A stretch of 64,000 nucleotides of DNA from Minisyncoccia bacterium (GTDB lineage: Bacteria; Patescibacteriota; Minisyncoccia; Phycocordibacterales; JAKFXT01): positions 1 to 64,000 of the forward strand of contig JBGPJO010000004.1 of NCBI GenBank assembly GCA_041485465.1, written 5' to 3'. A model generated the notes under the pieces. That model worked only from the letters and a program-made list of their open reading frames with translations. It made no database searches and was not told the origin of the DNA. Positions 56,264 to 64,000 of the stretch are shown piece after piece. Within the stretch, counting starts at the first letter, position 1, and every line of letters starts with the position of its first letter. The position numbers and the translations under genes are program-made.

Positions 56264-56731
56264 TTAGTCGCGCGCGTTTTCGTTTGAGAGTTTACGTATT
56301 CCCTCTTCAAGTTTCCAGAGGATGGTAAAGGTTATGAGCGTAAGAATCGTCGCAAAAATTGCAAGGGTAGTGAGACCGAAGCCAACCGTTATTCCAATTG
56401 ACGCGGCAACCCACATTCCGGCTGAGCTAGTTAAGCCCACGAGTTTTTCGTCCGTAAATATAATAAGTCCACCGCAGATAAAGCCTATGCCAGTAATGAT
56501 ACCGCCAGCGACGCTCAAAGGATTGAATCCTGTGTTAAAGGAGTACTGACTGAAAACAATAGAACTCACCATCACTAAAAGACATGAGCCCATCGACACC
56601 AGGGCATACGTTCGCATTCCCGCCATTTTACCCGCGATAGTCCGCTCAAACCCAAGAGCAAGACCCAAAAGAAGCGCCAAGAGAAGTTTCCCAAAAAGAA
56701 GCATGTCGCCGTTTAAAAGAAAATCTTCCAT
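56264..56731 (-). CDS. mgtC: MgtC/SapB-family membrane protein
   Basis: ALGFERTIAGKMAGMRTYALVSMGS is the MgtC signature. Start at the internal Met. The upstream part of the track ORF overlaps the neighbouring gene. Confidence 0.7.
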   Translation of the reverse strand: MEDFLLNGDMLLFGKLLLALLLGLALGFERTIAGKMAGMRTYALVSMGSCLLVMVSSIVFSQYSFNTGFNPLSVAGGIITGIGFICGGLIIFTDEKLVGLTSSAGMWVAASIGITVGFGLTTLAIFATILTLITFTILWKLEEGIRKLSNENARD

Positions 56732-56780
56732 GTTATTAGATGATACGTTTAAAAATGCGGATTGAGAAGCATGTAATCCC

Positions 56781-57623
56781 CTAAAAACTAGACTGGCAAA
56801 GATTTCTTCCCTCTGCAAGCACCGCTTCAAGTTTGGCGCCTTTGATACCGGCTTCAATAAGCAATTTTTTATTTTCTTCCATGTTCTTGCAGAGCACGAC
56901 ACCGCGCTCCATAAGCGTCGCTTTTTCCTGTCGCGAGAGGGACGGAAGCGCGGTAATGGGGTGGAGCTTTGCCTCTTCTATCAAATCCTGAAGATTACCG
57001 TATCGCGGATAGGTCCAGGAAATAATTTTGAGTCCCTTGCAGTTGGCGTAGGCAACAGCGCTCTTGGTGAATTTAGTATTAGTAATAAGCCAGCATTCAT
57101 CGATCTTACGTTCTCCCCGCTCGGCCCGGTACTTTTGAAGATCTTCGAACCGCGCCTGAACGTAGAGCGCGACTTTAAGATCGCTTTTGACGGCGAGTTC
57201 GTTATGAAATTTCGCTTCACCAATAATAAATTTACGCTCGTTATAGGCAAGGAGATCAACCTCGTGCTCGACGCAGGAACCCTGCATCATAATACCGGTT
57301 TGGACGGTGAAGCCTTTAGCCTTAAAAATCTCACCGATAAAATCTTCAAACGGAAAGCCGGAGGGACCGAGTTCAAGCACTGCCCTTTTCATCGAGTAAC
57401 GTGCCGCAACCGGCCTTTCAATACGACGCAAAAGCGAAAAAGCTTTGCGGTAAATCTCCGAGGTCGACATGCCGGGCTCAAGTTCGCTCTTCACATGCGA
57501 AACCACTTCATCAATAATCCGATCAGATGCGCCGGCGCGCTGGAGTGAAAAGATAAGTTTCCCCGGATCAAAGACCTCCCGCTCACCATTTTCCTTCGTA
57601 ACAAGAATCGTGCGTTTGACCAT
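56781..57623 (-). CDS. ATP-cone domain fused to Mrr-like (PD-(D/E)xK) restriction endonuclease domain
   Basis: N-terminal ATP-cone pattern (VTKENGEREVFDPGKLIFSLQRAG...), then FEDFIGEIFKAKGF...EVDLLAY...IGEAKFH, which resembles Mrr_cat. Confidence 0.55.
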   Translation of the reverse strand: MVKRTILVTKENGEREVFDPGKLIFSLQRAGASDRIIDEVVSHVKSELEPGMSTSEIYRKAFSLLRRIERPVAARYSMKRAVLELGPSGFPFEDFIGEIFKAKGFTVQTGIMMQGSCVEHEVDLLAYNERKFIIGEAKFHNELAVKSDLKVALYVQARFEDLQKYRAERGERKIDECWLITNTKFTKSAVAYANCKGLKIISWTYPRYGNLQDLIEEAKLHPITALPSLSRQEKATLMERGVVLCKNMEENKKLLIEAGIKGAKLEAVLAEGRNLCQSSF

Positions 57624-57624
57624 G

Positions 57625-58062
57625 TTAAATTTCTACTGTTTCGAGATTGACTGTTGGGGAAGCCTCTTTGACTTTAAACAAGACCCGAACGCCGTTTAAG
57701 TATGCCGTGACAACCGCCTCAGCGCTTGCCCGAAATGATACCTTGAATTTTTTCGCCGTCACAACTTGAGCGCAAATCTTTTCCGGATCATGGGTCTCAA
57801 TCCGGATATCGACTTGTTCAGGATAGGATTCTTTAACGATAGCGTTTCCGGAGACGGTATAACAGGGAGTGGGCGTTTCTATAATACCAACATATGTGTG
57901 CACGCCGTTTGAAAACTGATGGAGAGTCGAAACAGAGGTTGTGACGAGGTTGGAGGATGGCTCTTCTTGGTGGAGATATTTCGGAAAAATAAAAAGAATA
58001 AGCGCCACGGCAAGAATAAAAATGACAAGGGCAAGGAAGGCTTTCATCCGTGGTTCATTCAT
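57625..58062 (-). CDS. hypothetical secreted/membrane-anchored protein (145 aa)
   Basis: N-terminal signal-anchor. No domain recognised. Confidence 0.5.
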   Translation of the reverse strand: MNEPRMKAFLALVIFILAVALILFIFPKYLHQEEPSSNLVTTSVSTLHQFSNGVHTYVGIIETPTPCYTVSGNAIVKESYPEQVDIRIETHDPEKICAQVVTAKKFKVSFRASAEAVVTAYLNGVRVLFKVKEASPTVNLETVEI

Positions 58063-58069
58063 TTTTTAA

Positions 58070-59164
58070 TTATACTATGACACCGCCGCCCAGACACACA
58101 TTTTTGTCGAAAAGAACAAGTGACTGGCCGGGCGGCGCGATAAGGGGTTCGAGAAGTTCTATTTCCAATTCTTTCTTCTCCTTGTCATAGCTCCTTATCT
58201 TACTTTTGGCTTTAGGGCCATGATAACGACTCTCCGCTTCATATGAAAATTCTTGCCGAGGAGGGTCCTTGGCAATAAAATTTATATTTTTAAGCCTGAG
58301 AACACCTGGACTTTTCTTCACTTTGAAAGAATTCAAAGAATGGGAAACGGTGATTGAATTATTTTCAATATTTTTTGCGACAACATAGTAGGCTCTTTCA
58401 TGGGGTGTCTTTTTTGTAACAGTAAATCCATGCCGCTCGCCAAGCGTCAGGAAAATCGCCCCATCATGAAAGCCGATTACCTTCCCCTCCTTGTTTAAGA
58501 CGTCTCCCTGGGAGCTTTGAAGAAAATGCTTCAGAAAATCTTTCATGTCGACGTTGCTGATAAAACAGAGCCCCTGACTGTCTTTTTTCGAGGCGGTACT
58601 TAGACCCGCTTTTTCGGCGATTTTTCTTACCGTAACTTTTTTGAGATGCCCGACGGGGAAAAGGGTCTGTTTTAAAATATCCTGGGAGAGCGTCCACAGG
58701 AAATAACTCTGGTCTTTTGAAGCGTCCAAACTTCTTCGGAGCTCATAGCACCCCGCTTTCTTATTAAAAATATTTTCAGCGTAGTGCCCGGTAGCGATAT
58801 AATCCGCCCCCTGCTTTTTCGCCCATAAAAAAAATGCCCCGAATTTCACCTCTTTATTGCACATCACGTCCGGGTTCGGCGTCCTCCCCGTTTTATATTC
58901 GGCAAGCATGTAGTCAATAACCCCCTTTTTATATTCTTCCTCAAGATCAAGAGTCACAAAGGGTATATGAAGATGCGCAGATACCCGCATAGCGTCGAGA
59001 CGATCTTCTTCAAACGTGCAATTGACGAAATCCGGCTGCCAGACCTTTATAAAGACGCCAGTGACGTCGTACCCTTGCCCTTTCAGGAGATACGCCGAGA
59101 CGGATGAGTCAACACCGCCCGAGAGACCAACAAAGACTTTTTTACCCAAAGTTTTCATGGGCAT
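58070..59164 (-). CDS. mnmA: tRNA-specific 2-thiouridylase MnmA
   Basis: PP-loop GLSGGVDSSV and MnmA catalytic cysteines. Confidence 0.9.
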   Translation of the reverse strand: MPMKTLGKKVFVGLSGGVDSSVSAYLLKGQGYDVTGVFIKVWQPDFVNCTFEEDRLDAMRVSAHLHIPFVTLDLEEEYKKGVIDYMLAEYKTGRTPNPDVMCNKEVKFGAFFLWAKKQGADYIATGHYAENIFNKKAGCYELRRSLDASKDQSYFLWTLSQDILKQTLFPVGHLKKVTVRKIAEKAGLSTASKKDSQGLCFISNVDMKDFLKHFLQSSQGDVLNKEGKVIGFHDGAIFLTLGERHGFTVTKKTPHERAYYVVAKNIENNSITVSHSLNSFKVKKSPGVLRLKNINFIAKDPPRQEFSYEAESRYHGPKAKSKIRSYDKEKKELEIELLEPLIAPPGQSLVLFDKNVCLGGGVIV

Positions 59165-59181
59165 GTTTTACCACACGCGCT

Positions 59182-60132
59182 TTATTTTAGGTACTGCAAC
59201 TTATTTTGAACGTGTTCGGCAAGCGTTTGGGCATAGTGAAAATTACCATCCCTATCGGAGAGATAATAAAAATAAGGGGTTTTAATCGGCGTCACTGCCG
59301 CTTCAATAGCCTGAAGACCGGGATTACCGATCGGAGTGGGCGGAAAACCGGGATTGCGGTAGGTGTTATAGGGAGAATTTATTTTTAGGTCATTAGCGGT
59401 AATCGTTGTCGTCCCGGTAACGTATGAAAATGCGGCGTCAACTTGAAGCGGCATGCCGATTGAGAGTCTTTTCCAGAGAATGCCTGCGATAATTTGTCTG
59501 TCTTCCGTAGTTCTCGCCTCATCTTCGAGGATGGATGCCATCGTGATAACGTCTTTTTCTTTTTTACCAAAAAGGTCAATGACTTTCTGAACCGTTCTGA
59601 TACGTGTCTCAAAATTTTTCTCCATCGCGGAAACAACTTCAGAAGCTTCCGCCCCGGGAAGAAAATAATACGTATCGGGGAAAAGATATCCTTCTTTCCC
59701 CTTGCCAAGGGCGAGGAATTCCTCTTCTTTGCAGCCGACAAGGAGCTTAGAGCACTCGGCCGCCATCTCTTTGACGGTCATACCCTCGGGAAAAGTGAGA
59801 CGGATGAAATCAACATTATAATCCCCTTTCGTCGTGCGGAATGCGATAGAAAAAACGCCAACCGGCCGGTCAAAAAGATAGGGGCCGGCAATAATTTTTT
59901 CGTGCGAAAGAAGATTGGCAAGGATAGAAAAGAATGTGGGTGAAAGTATGATGTGATCAGCATAGAGAAGTTTTGCCGACTGATCAACAGTAAGCCCTTT
60001 CGGAATAATTATCATCTGACCCTTGGGAAAATCAAGGGGTGGACGCAGAAACAGAAGATAGAGAAGAAGAAAGAACGATATACCGAAAGACCAAAGAATG
60101 CGAGAGCGTGATTCTCTTGAAATGGTTGGCAT
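59182..60132 (-). CDS. mltG: Endolytic murein transglycosylase MltG (YceG-like)
   Basis: N-terminal TM helix plus a YceG domain (GMPLQVDAAFSYV..., YFYYLSDRDGNFHYAQTLAEH). Confidence 0.85.
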   Translation of the reverse strand: MPTISRESRSRILWSFGISFFLLLYLLFLRPPLDFPKGQMIIIPKGLTVDQSAKLLYADHIILSPTFFSILANLLSHEKIIAGPYLFDRPVGVFSIAFRTTKGDYNVDFIRLTFPEGMTVKEMAAECSKLLVGCKEEEFLALGKGKEGYLFPDTYYFLPGAEASEVVSAMEKNFETRIRTVQKVIDLFGKKEKDVITMASILEDEARTTEDRQIIAGILWKRLSIGMPLQVDAAFSYVTGTTTITANDLKINSPYNTYRNPGFPPTPIGNPGLQAIEAAVTPIKTPYFYYLSDRDGNFHYAQTLAEHVQNKLQYLK

Positions 60133-60134
60133 TC

Positions 60135-61391
60135 CTATTGCGGCAGATTAATGGGGGCTTCAGATTTTTTAGACATAACGCGGGAAACGGACGGGGCCTG
60201 GAGTACGCCCCCCGGAAAATGAAAAACAGTGGCAAGTTCTTCGGAACTCAAGATAAATGGCTTTCGCTTGTACGGACCGTGGAACCAACTCCGTAATCGG
60301 TAGGCCCGGATCACTTCACGGCGTCTGTGGTTAAGACGAATACCTCTAAAGTCTTGCCAGGGAAAATCGAAGGTCGTGCCCCACCGCCATGTAAAAGAAT
60401 TCAAATTTTGGGTAGTAAATGGTCGGAGGATATTTATAAACTGGGGAATTCGGCTCCCGACAAATACTTCCGGTGGCGCCGTATAAATTGCCCTAATACC
60501 ACAATCGAAATTGAGTTTGCCCGTCGCCCGATCAATTGCCGCGAACATTTCAGATTCTGCCTTAGTCGGAAACCGGCTAAAACTGAAGCCTTCTTCTGAG
60601 GCCGACGGGTTTTTTTCTCGAAGTTCCTCAAGAAGTTTTTTAATCAATTCCTGACCCTCTTTGCGAACATCTGTTTTTTGATACAATGTTCCTTCTTTTG
60701 CTTTAGCGCGATGGGCCTGGATAAGAATCTGAATCCACATCTGTTCCCCTTTTTTAAGAGTCGCGAGAAACTCAAGCACTGCGGTCAAGGGATCAACTTT
60801 GAATTCCTCCTTGGGGTCCTTATCGAGACCATAGTCGACGTACGTCTTTATGGGATAGGGGTCGGGTTTAGCAAGCTTATATTCATGTCCCCAGAGAGCG
60901 ACTTTGCCTATTTCAAAATGCGGCACGGTCTCCGTGTAATCGGGAACTTCGAATATTTCAATGTTCGGATACTGCCCATAGAGTTGCGCCTCAATAAGGT
61001 TCCGGTACGTCTCACGCGCCCAAATGTAGAAATGAATATTACCGCCAATCGATACTATTTCAAGAGAAAACCATGCCCGCACTTGCCCTTTAATGTATTT
61101 TGCGAACCAGGTATTTTCTCCCGACGTGGCAAAAAAGCCGGCAAGGGCAAGTTCCATGGCAAGCGGCGATTTATATACTTCGAGCGGAAGCCTGATTTCA
61201 AGTAGCACATATTTTTGCTTATTGATAAATTTCGCCCGTATATAATTAATCCAAGCGAGGTAGAAGCCAAAGGCAAGAAGCGGCGGCCCCCAGAAAGGGA
61301 AAAGATCGTAGAGAATCCTCATCCCGGCAAGAAACTGGTCACTTAAAAAAACAGAAAAAAGTTCGCGTAGATAATTTCCAAGGAAATCCAT
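60135..61391 (-). CDS. hypothetical membrane protein (418 aa)
   Basis: Two N-terminal TM helices and a large basic/aromatic soluble domain. Its start abuts mltG. No domain recognised. Confidence 0.55.
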   Translation of the reverse strand: MDFLGNYLRELFSVFLSDQFLAGMRILYDLFPFWGPPLLAFGFYLAWINYIRAKFINKQKYVLLEIRLPLEVYKSPLAMELALAGFFATSGENTWFAKYIKGQVRAWFSLEIVSIGGNIHFYIWARETYRNLIEAQLYGQYPNIEIFEVPDYTETVPHFEIGKVALWGHEYKLAKPDPYPIKTYVDYGLDKDPKEEFKVDPLTAVLEFLATLKKGEQMWIQILIQAHRAKAKEGTLYQKTDVRKEGQELIKKLLEELREKNPSASEEGFSFSRFPTKAESEMFAAIDRATGKLNFDCGIRAIYTAPPEVFVGSRIPQFINILRPFTTQNLNSFTWRWGTTFDFPWQDFRGIRLNHRRREVIRAYRLRSWFHGPYKRKPFILSSEELATVFHFPGGVLQAPSVSRVMSKKSEAPINLPQ

Positions 61392-61406
61392 TGTCTTATT
61401 GTATAG

Positions 61407-61437
61407 TAAAAAGCGCGCTCTGAGGAGCGCGCTTTTT
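61407..61437. terminator. Bidirectional intrinsic terminator
   Basis: aaaaa-agcgcgctc-tgag-gagcgcgct-ttttt. Confidence 0.6.
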
Positions 61438-61453
61438 ACGGGAAAAATTTTAG

Positions 61454-62494
61454 TTACTGTTCGATAAGCGAGTATTTGCCGTCCTTCGCTTTCTTGAATA
61501 TCTTCTGGTTCTGAAGATTAACGACAATCGTGTTCTCCTTGACGTATCGCTCTTTGAGGACCTTTTCAATAATTTCGTCTTTAGTAAGTGGTCCGTGACG
61601 CTTTAAAATATCACGAATGACGTCTTTAACCACGCCTTGTGAATAGCCCCACTCTTTAAGCGCGTACAAACCTCTTCCGACAAGCACGAAGCGCGGATCT
61701 TTAATGAGTTCGTTGTGGCAGGTTGCGACATGCGCGGTCCGATCAAAAAGCTTTTGGATTGCCTTTGCAACTTCGGTGAAGTGCATCGGAGAGCCGTGAC
61801 GGCGGATGGCAAGGTAGGCATAATCGCGCATGCCTTTGGCTTTCACGTTCGGTGAGCGTGATACTCCCCACTCGCCAAGCGGGTTTCTACCTATTTTTTT
61901 TGAAAGGGCGAGCCAACGCCGTACAACCTCGTCGTTTTTATATTTTTCGGAAACATCCTTGATAGTTTCAAGAAAGGTGGCTATCATTTCCGATTCAGGA
62001 ATTAAATCATCGTCCGAGAGATTATCGTAAATTTTCTTAATTGAGCCTTCGACTTTACCTAAGACCTCATCGCTTACGTACCAGCGGTGGTGGAAATCAG
62101 GATCCTCTTTGCGCTTTTTAAAAGAGTCCCCAAGTACCAGAAGAAAATGAATATGGTTTTGGACGCTCTCATCATCGGATACATAGCGGAGAAAATCTTC
62201 TTCGTGAACGACGCCCCCGAGGGAATCAATTAATTTTTCCAGCTCCTCGCGGGCTGAAAGCTCTTTTTTATATACATCGGATTTCCGGATGACACCAAAA
62301 GCGTAATTTTCAATCTGGCGAACGCGCTCGCGTGTTATTTTATAAGTCTTACCGATTGACTCCAGGGTCATCGGTTCGGCTTTTTCCCCCAAGCCATACC
62401 GGCTCTCAACAATGTCGCGAGCCCTGTCCGGTAAAGCGGTGAGGAGTCGTTTGATAACCGCCTTCGGTTTGAAATTAACCTTAGTAGAAAGCAT
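61454..62494 (-). CDS. sigma-70 region 4-like HTH protein with C-terminal HARE-HTH/winged-helix domain
   Basis: N-terminus LPDRARDIVESRYGLGEKAEPMTLESIGKTYKITRERVRQIENYA has the sigma70_r4 pattern. C-terminus HFTEVAKAIQKL...GRGLYALKEWGY has the RpoE-delta/HARE-HTH pattern. No sigma region 2. Confidence 0.5.
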   Translation of the reverse strand: MLSTKVNFKPKAVIKRLLTALPDRARDIVESRYGLGEKAEPMTLESIGKTYKITRERVRQIENYAFGVIRKSDVYKKELSAREELEKLIDSLGGVVHEEDFLRYVSDDESVQNHIHFLLVLGDSFKKRKEDPDFHHRWYVSDEVLGKVEGSIKKIYDNLSDDDLIPESEMIATFLETIKDVSEKYKNDEVVRRWLALSKKIGRNPLGEWGVSRSPNVKAKGMRDYAYLAIRRHGSPMHFTEVAKAIQKLFDRTAHVATCHNELIKDPRFVLVGRGLYALKEWGYSQGVVKDVIRDILKRHGPLTKDEIIEKVLKERYVKENTIVVNLQNQKIFKKAKDGKYSLIEQ

Positions 62495-62588
62495 GAATTA
62501 GTATGCAAAATGCATGGTATAGTTTTTACCATTGACACAAAAATAAGTCAAGTCAAGCGATTTTGCCTGAGAAAAATTAAAAAATCAG

Positions 62589-64000
62589 CTACATGACAAT
62601 GTTGACGATTTTGCCCTTAACGTAGACGATGCGTTTGATTGTTTTTCCAAAGACAATGCGAAGAATATTTGGATGGGCGAGCGCAACGCCCTGTGCCTCA
62701 TCATCATCAAGGTCGCGACTGATTGAGACGGTAGCTTTTAGTTTGCCGTTCACCTGAACCGCTATTGAAACGCTTTCCGAGAGCAATTTTTTAGGGTCCC
62801 ACTGAGGCCAGGGCTCAAGATGGATCGATGACTTTTCTCCAAGCATATTCCAGAGCTCTTCGGTGATATGCGGCGCAACCGGCGCAAGAAGACGCAGATA
62901 GGTGGCGTAGTTCATCCTAGAAATTTTTTCCTCTTTTTCAAAGGCGTTTAAAAGTATCATCAGTTGGGAAAGAACCGTGTTCATTTTAAGCTCTTCGATA
63001 TCTTCGGTTACTTTCTTGATCGTTTGGTGAAAAAGGGATTCAAGAGCGGAATTCACAACCTGTTTTTTATGTTCCTTTCCTTTTTCCACCTTCTCAATCA
63101 GCTTAAAGACGCGCTCAAGATAGCGGCGTGATCCGGCAACAGCATCGGTATTCCACACAATTGCCTGATCAAACGGCCCCATGAACATTTCATAATGACG
63201 AAGGGTATCTGCCCCCAAGAGTTTAACGATCGAATCTGGATTGACAATATTTCCTTTTGATTTCGACATTTTCACTCCGCCTTTGGCTAAAATAAGCCCG
63301 TGAGAGGTGCGTTTTTTATAGGGTTCTTTCCCGGGCACCAGTTTCAAATCATAAAGAAACTTGTACCAAAAACGTGAGTACAGAAGATGGAGCGTGACAT
63401 GTTCCATGCCGCCGTTATACCAATCAACCGGTATCCAGTACTTGAGCGCCTGTTTCCCGGCGAAAGTTTTTTTATTTTTTGGATCAGCGTAGCGAAGAAA
63501 ATACCAGGAAGAACCGGCCCAGTTCGGCATGACGTCGGTTTCGCGCTTCGCTTTCTCTCCGCAATTCGGGCACGTAACATTGACCCAGGAAGAAATGGCG
63601 GCAAGCGGTGATTCCCCTGTGCTATTCGGCTTGTAACTTTTGACATTTGGAAGCATTACCGGAAGATCTTTTTCGGGAACGGGCACCATGCCACACTTTT
63701 TGCAATGAATGATCGGGATCGGCTCTCCCCAGTAACGCTGCCGGGAAAACACCCAGTCGCGAAGTTTGAATGTGGTCTTTGATCTCCCTCCGACAAATTT
63801 GGTGATTTCTTTTTTCGCCTCCCCACTATCAACACCATCGAATTTCCCCGAGTTCGTGAGTATTCCCTCGCCACGGTAAGAGCCTTGTGAACCATTGAGG
63901 AGGCGAAGCGAGTGTTTGTGGGTATCCGGGGTCAGAAATTTCTCTAGTTCCGCCTCTCTCAACCACAACACCTCGTGCCTCTTTTGCTCTTCTTCAGCGA
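62589..64000 (-). CDS. leuS: Leucine--tRNA ligase (C-terminal part; gene continues beyond the window end)
   Basis: RDWVFSRQRYWGEPIP, KMSKSKGN and the LeuRS anticodon-binding domain. The frame is open to position 64000. Confidence 0.9.
   Translation of the reverse strand, partial: AEEEQKRHEVLWLREAELEKFLTPDTHKHSLRLLNGSQGSYRGEGILTNSGKFDGVDSGEAKKEITKFVGGRSKTTFKLRDWVFSRQRYWGEPIPIIHCKKCGMVPVPEKDLPVMLPNVKSYKPNSTGESPLAAISSWVNVTCPNCGEKAKRETDVMPNWAGSSWYFLRYADPKNKKTFAGKQALKYWIPVDWYNGGMEHVTLHLLYSRFWYKFLYDLKLVPGKEPYKKRTSHGLILAKGGVKMSKSKGNIVNPDSIVKLLGADTLRHYEMFMGPFDQAIVWNTDAVAGSRRYLERVFKLIEKVEKGKEHKKQVVNSALESLFHQTIKKVTEDIEELKMNTVLSQLMILLNAFEKEEKISRMNYATYLRLLAPVAPHITEELWNMLGEKSSIHLEPWPQWDPKKLLSESVSIAVQVNGKLKATVSISRDLDDDEAQGVALAHPNILRIVFGKTIKRIVYVKGKIVNIVM

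Overview
This window is gene-dense bacterial chromosome, with a core GC estimated by eye at roughly 48-50%. It is mostly housekeeping genes, and most of them lie on the minus strand. Confident calls: tRNA-Glu(CUC), tRNA-Pro(GGG), mpg, rmuC, rplU, recR, dnaB, cysS, corA-like, S41 protease, rplI, rpmA, pyrE-like/pyrF, gltX, murG-ftsW-mraY, a DD-carboxypeptidase, scpB/scpA, aspS, trpS, a histidine kinase, gap, rpiB, dnaJ-dnaK-grpE, the rpsI-rplM-rplQ-rpoA-rpsD-rpsK-rpsM-rpmJ-infA block, alaS (short form), an M13 peptidase, family-4 UDG, mnmA, mltG and leuS (partial at the window end). I infer a reduced genome, probably of the Patescibacteria/CPR type. The reasons are short ribosomal proteins, a minimal cell-wall operon without murD, an AlaRS with no C-Ala domain, a sigma-region-4-only protein and weak Shine-Dalgarno use. 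No rRNA, CRISPR array or intact integrase/transposase was found. Accessory regions worth a second look: (1) a low-GC island at about 16.9-20.2 kb carrying an HNH nuclease, two HEPN-like proteins and unknowns, with an SRP-RNA-like element at its edge; (2) a lytic-transglycosylase-like ORF at 15869-16351 that has a consensus promoter but no canonical start codon; (3) a DNA-repair/nuclease neighbourhood at 53.6-57.6 kb with UDG, a high-GC foreign-looking gene, a DNA-binding-domain-only Ogt, a Cas4-like Fe-S PD-(D/E)xK nuclease, MgtC and an ATP-cone-Mrr nuclease fusion; (4) a membrane-lipid cluster (methyltransferase, FAR-like reductase, PlsC acyltransferase); (5) an ASKHA ATPase plus Pro-rich bitopic membrane protein where secY-adk-map would normally precede infA; (6) a 418-aa membrane protein paired with a sigma-70-region-4 plus HARE-HTH protein. 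All calls rest on reading the supplied ORF translations and the raw sequence by eye. No searches were run.
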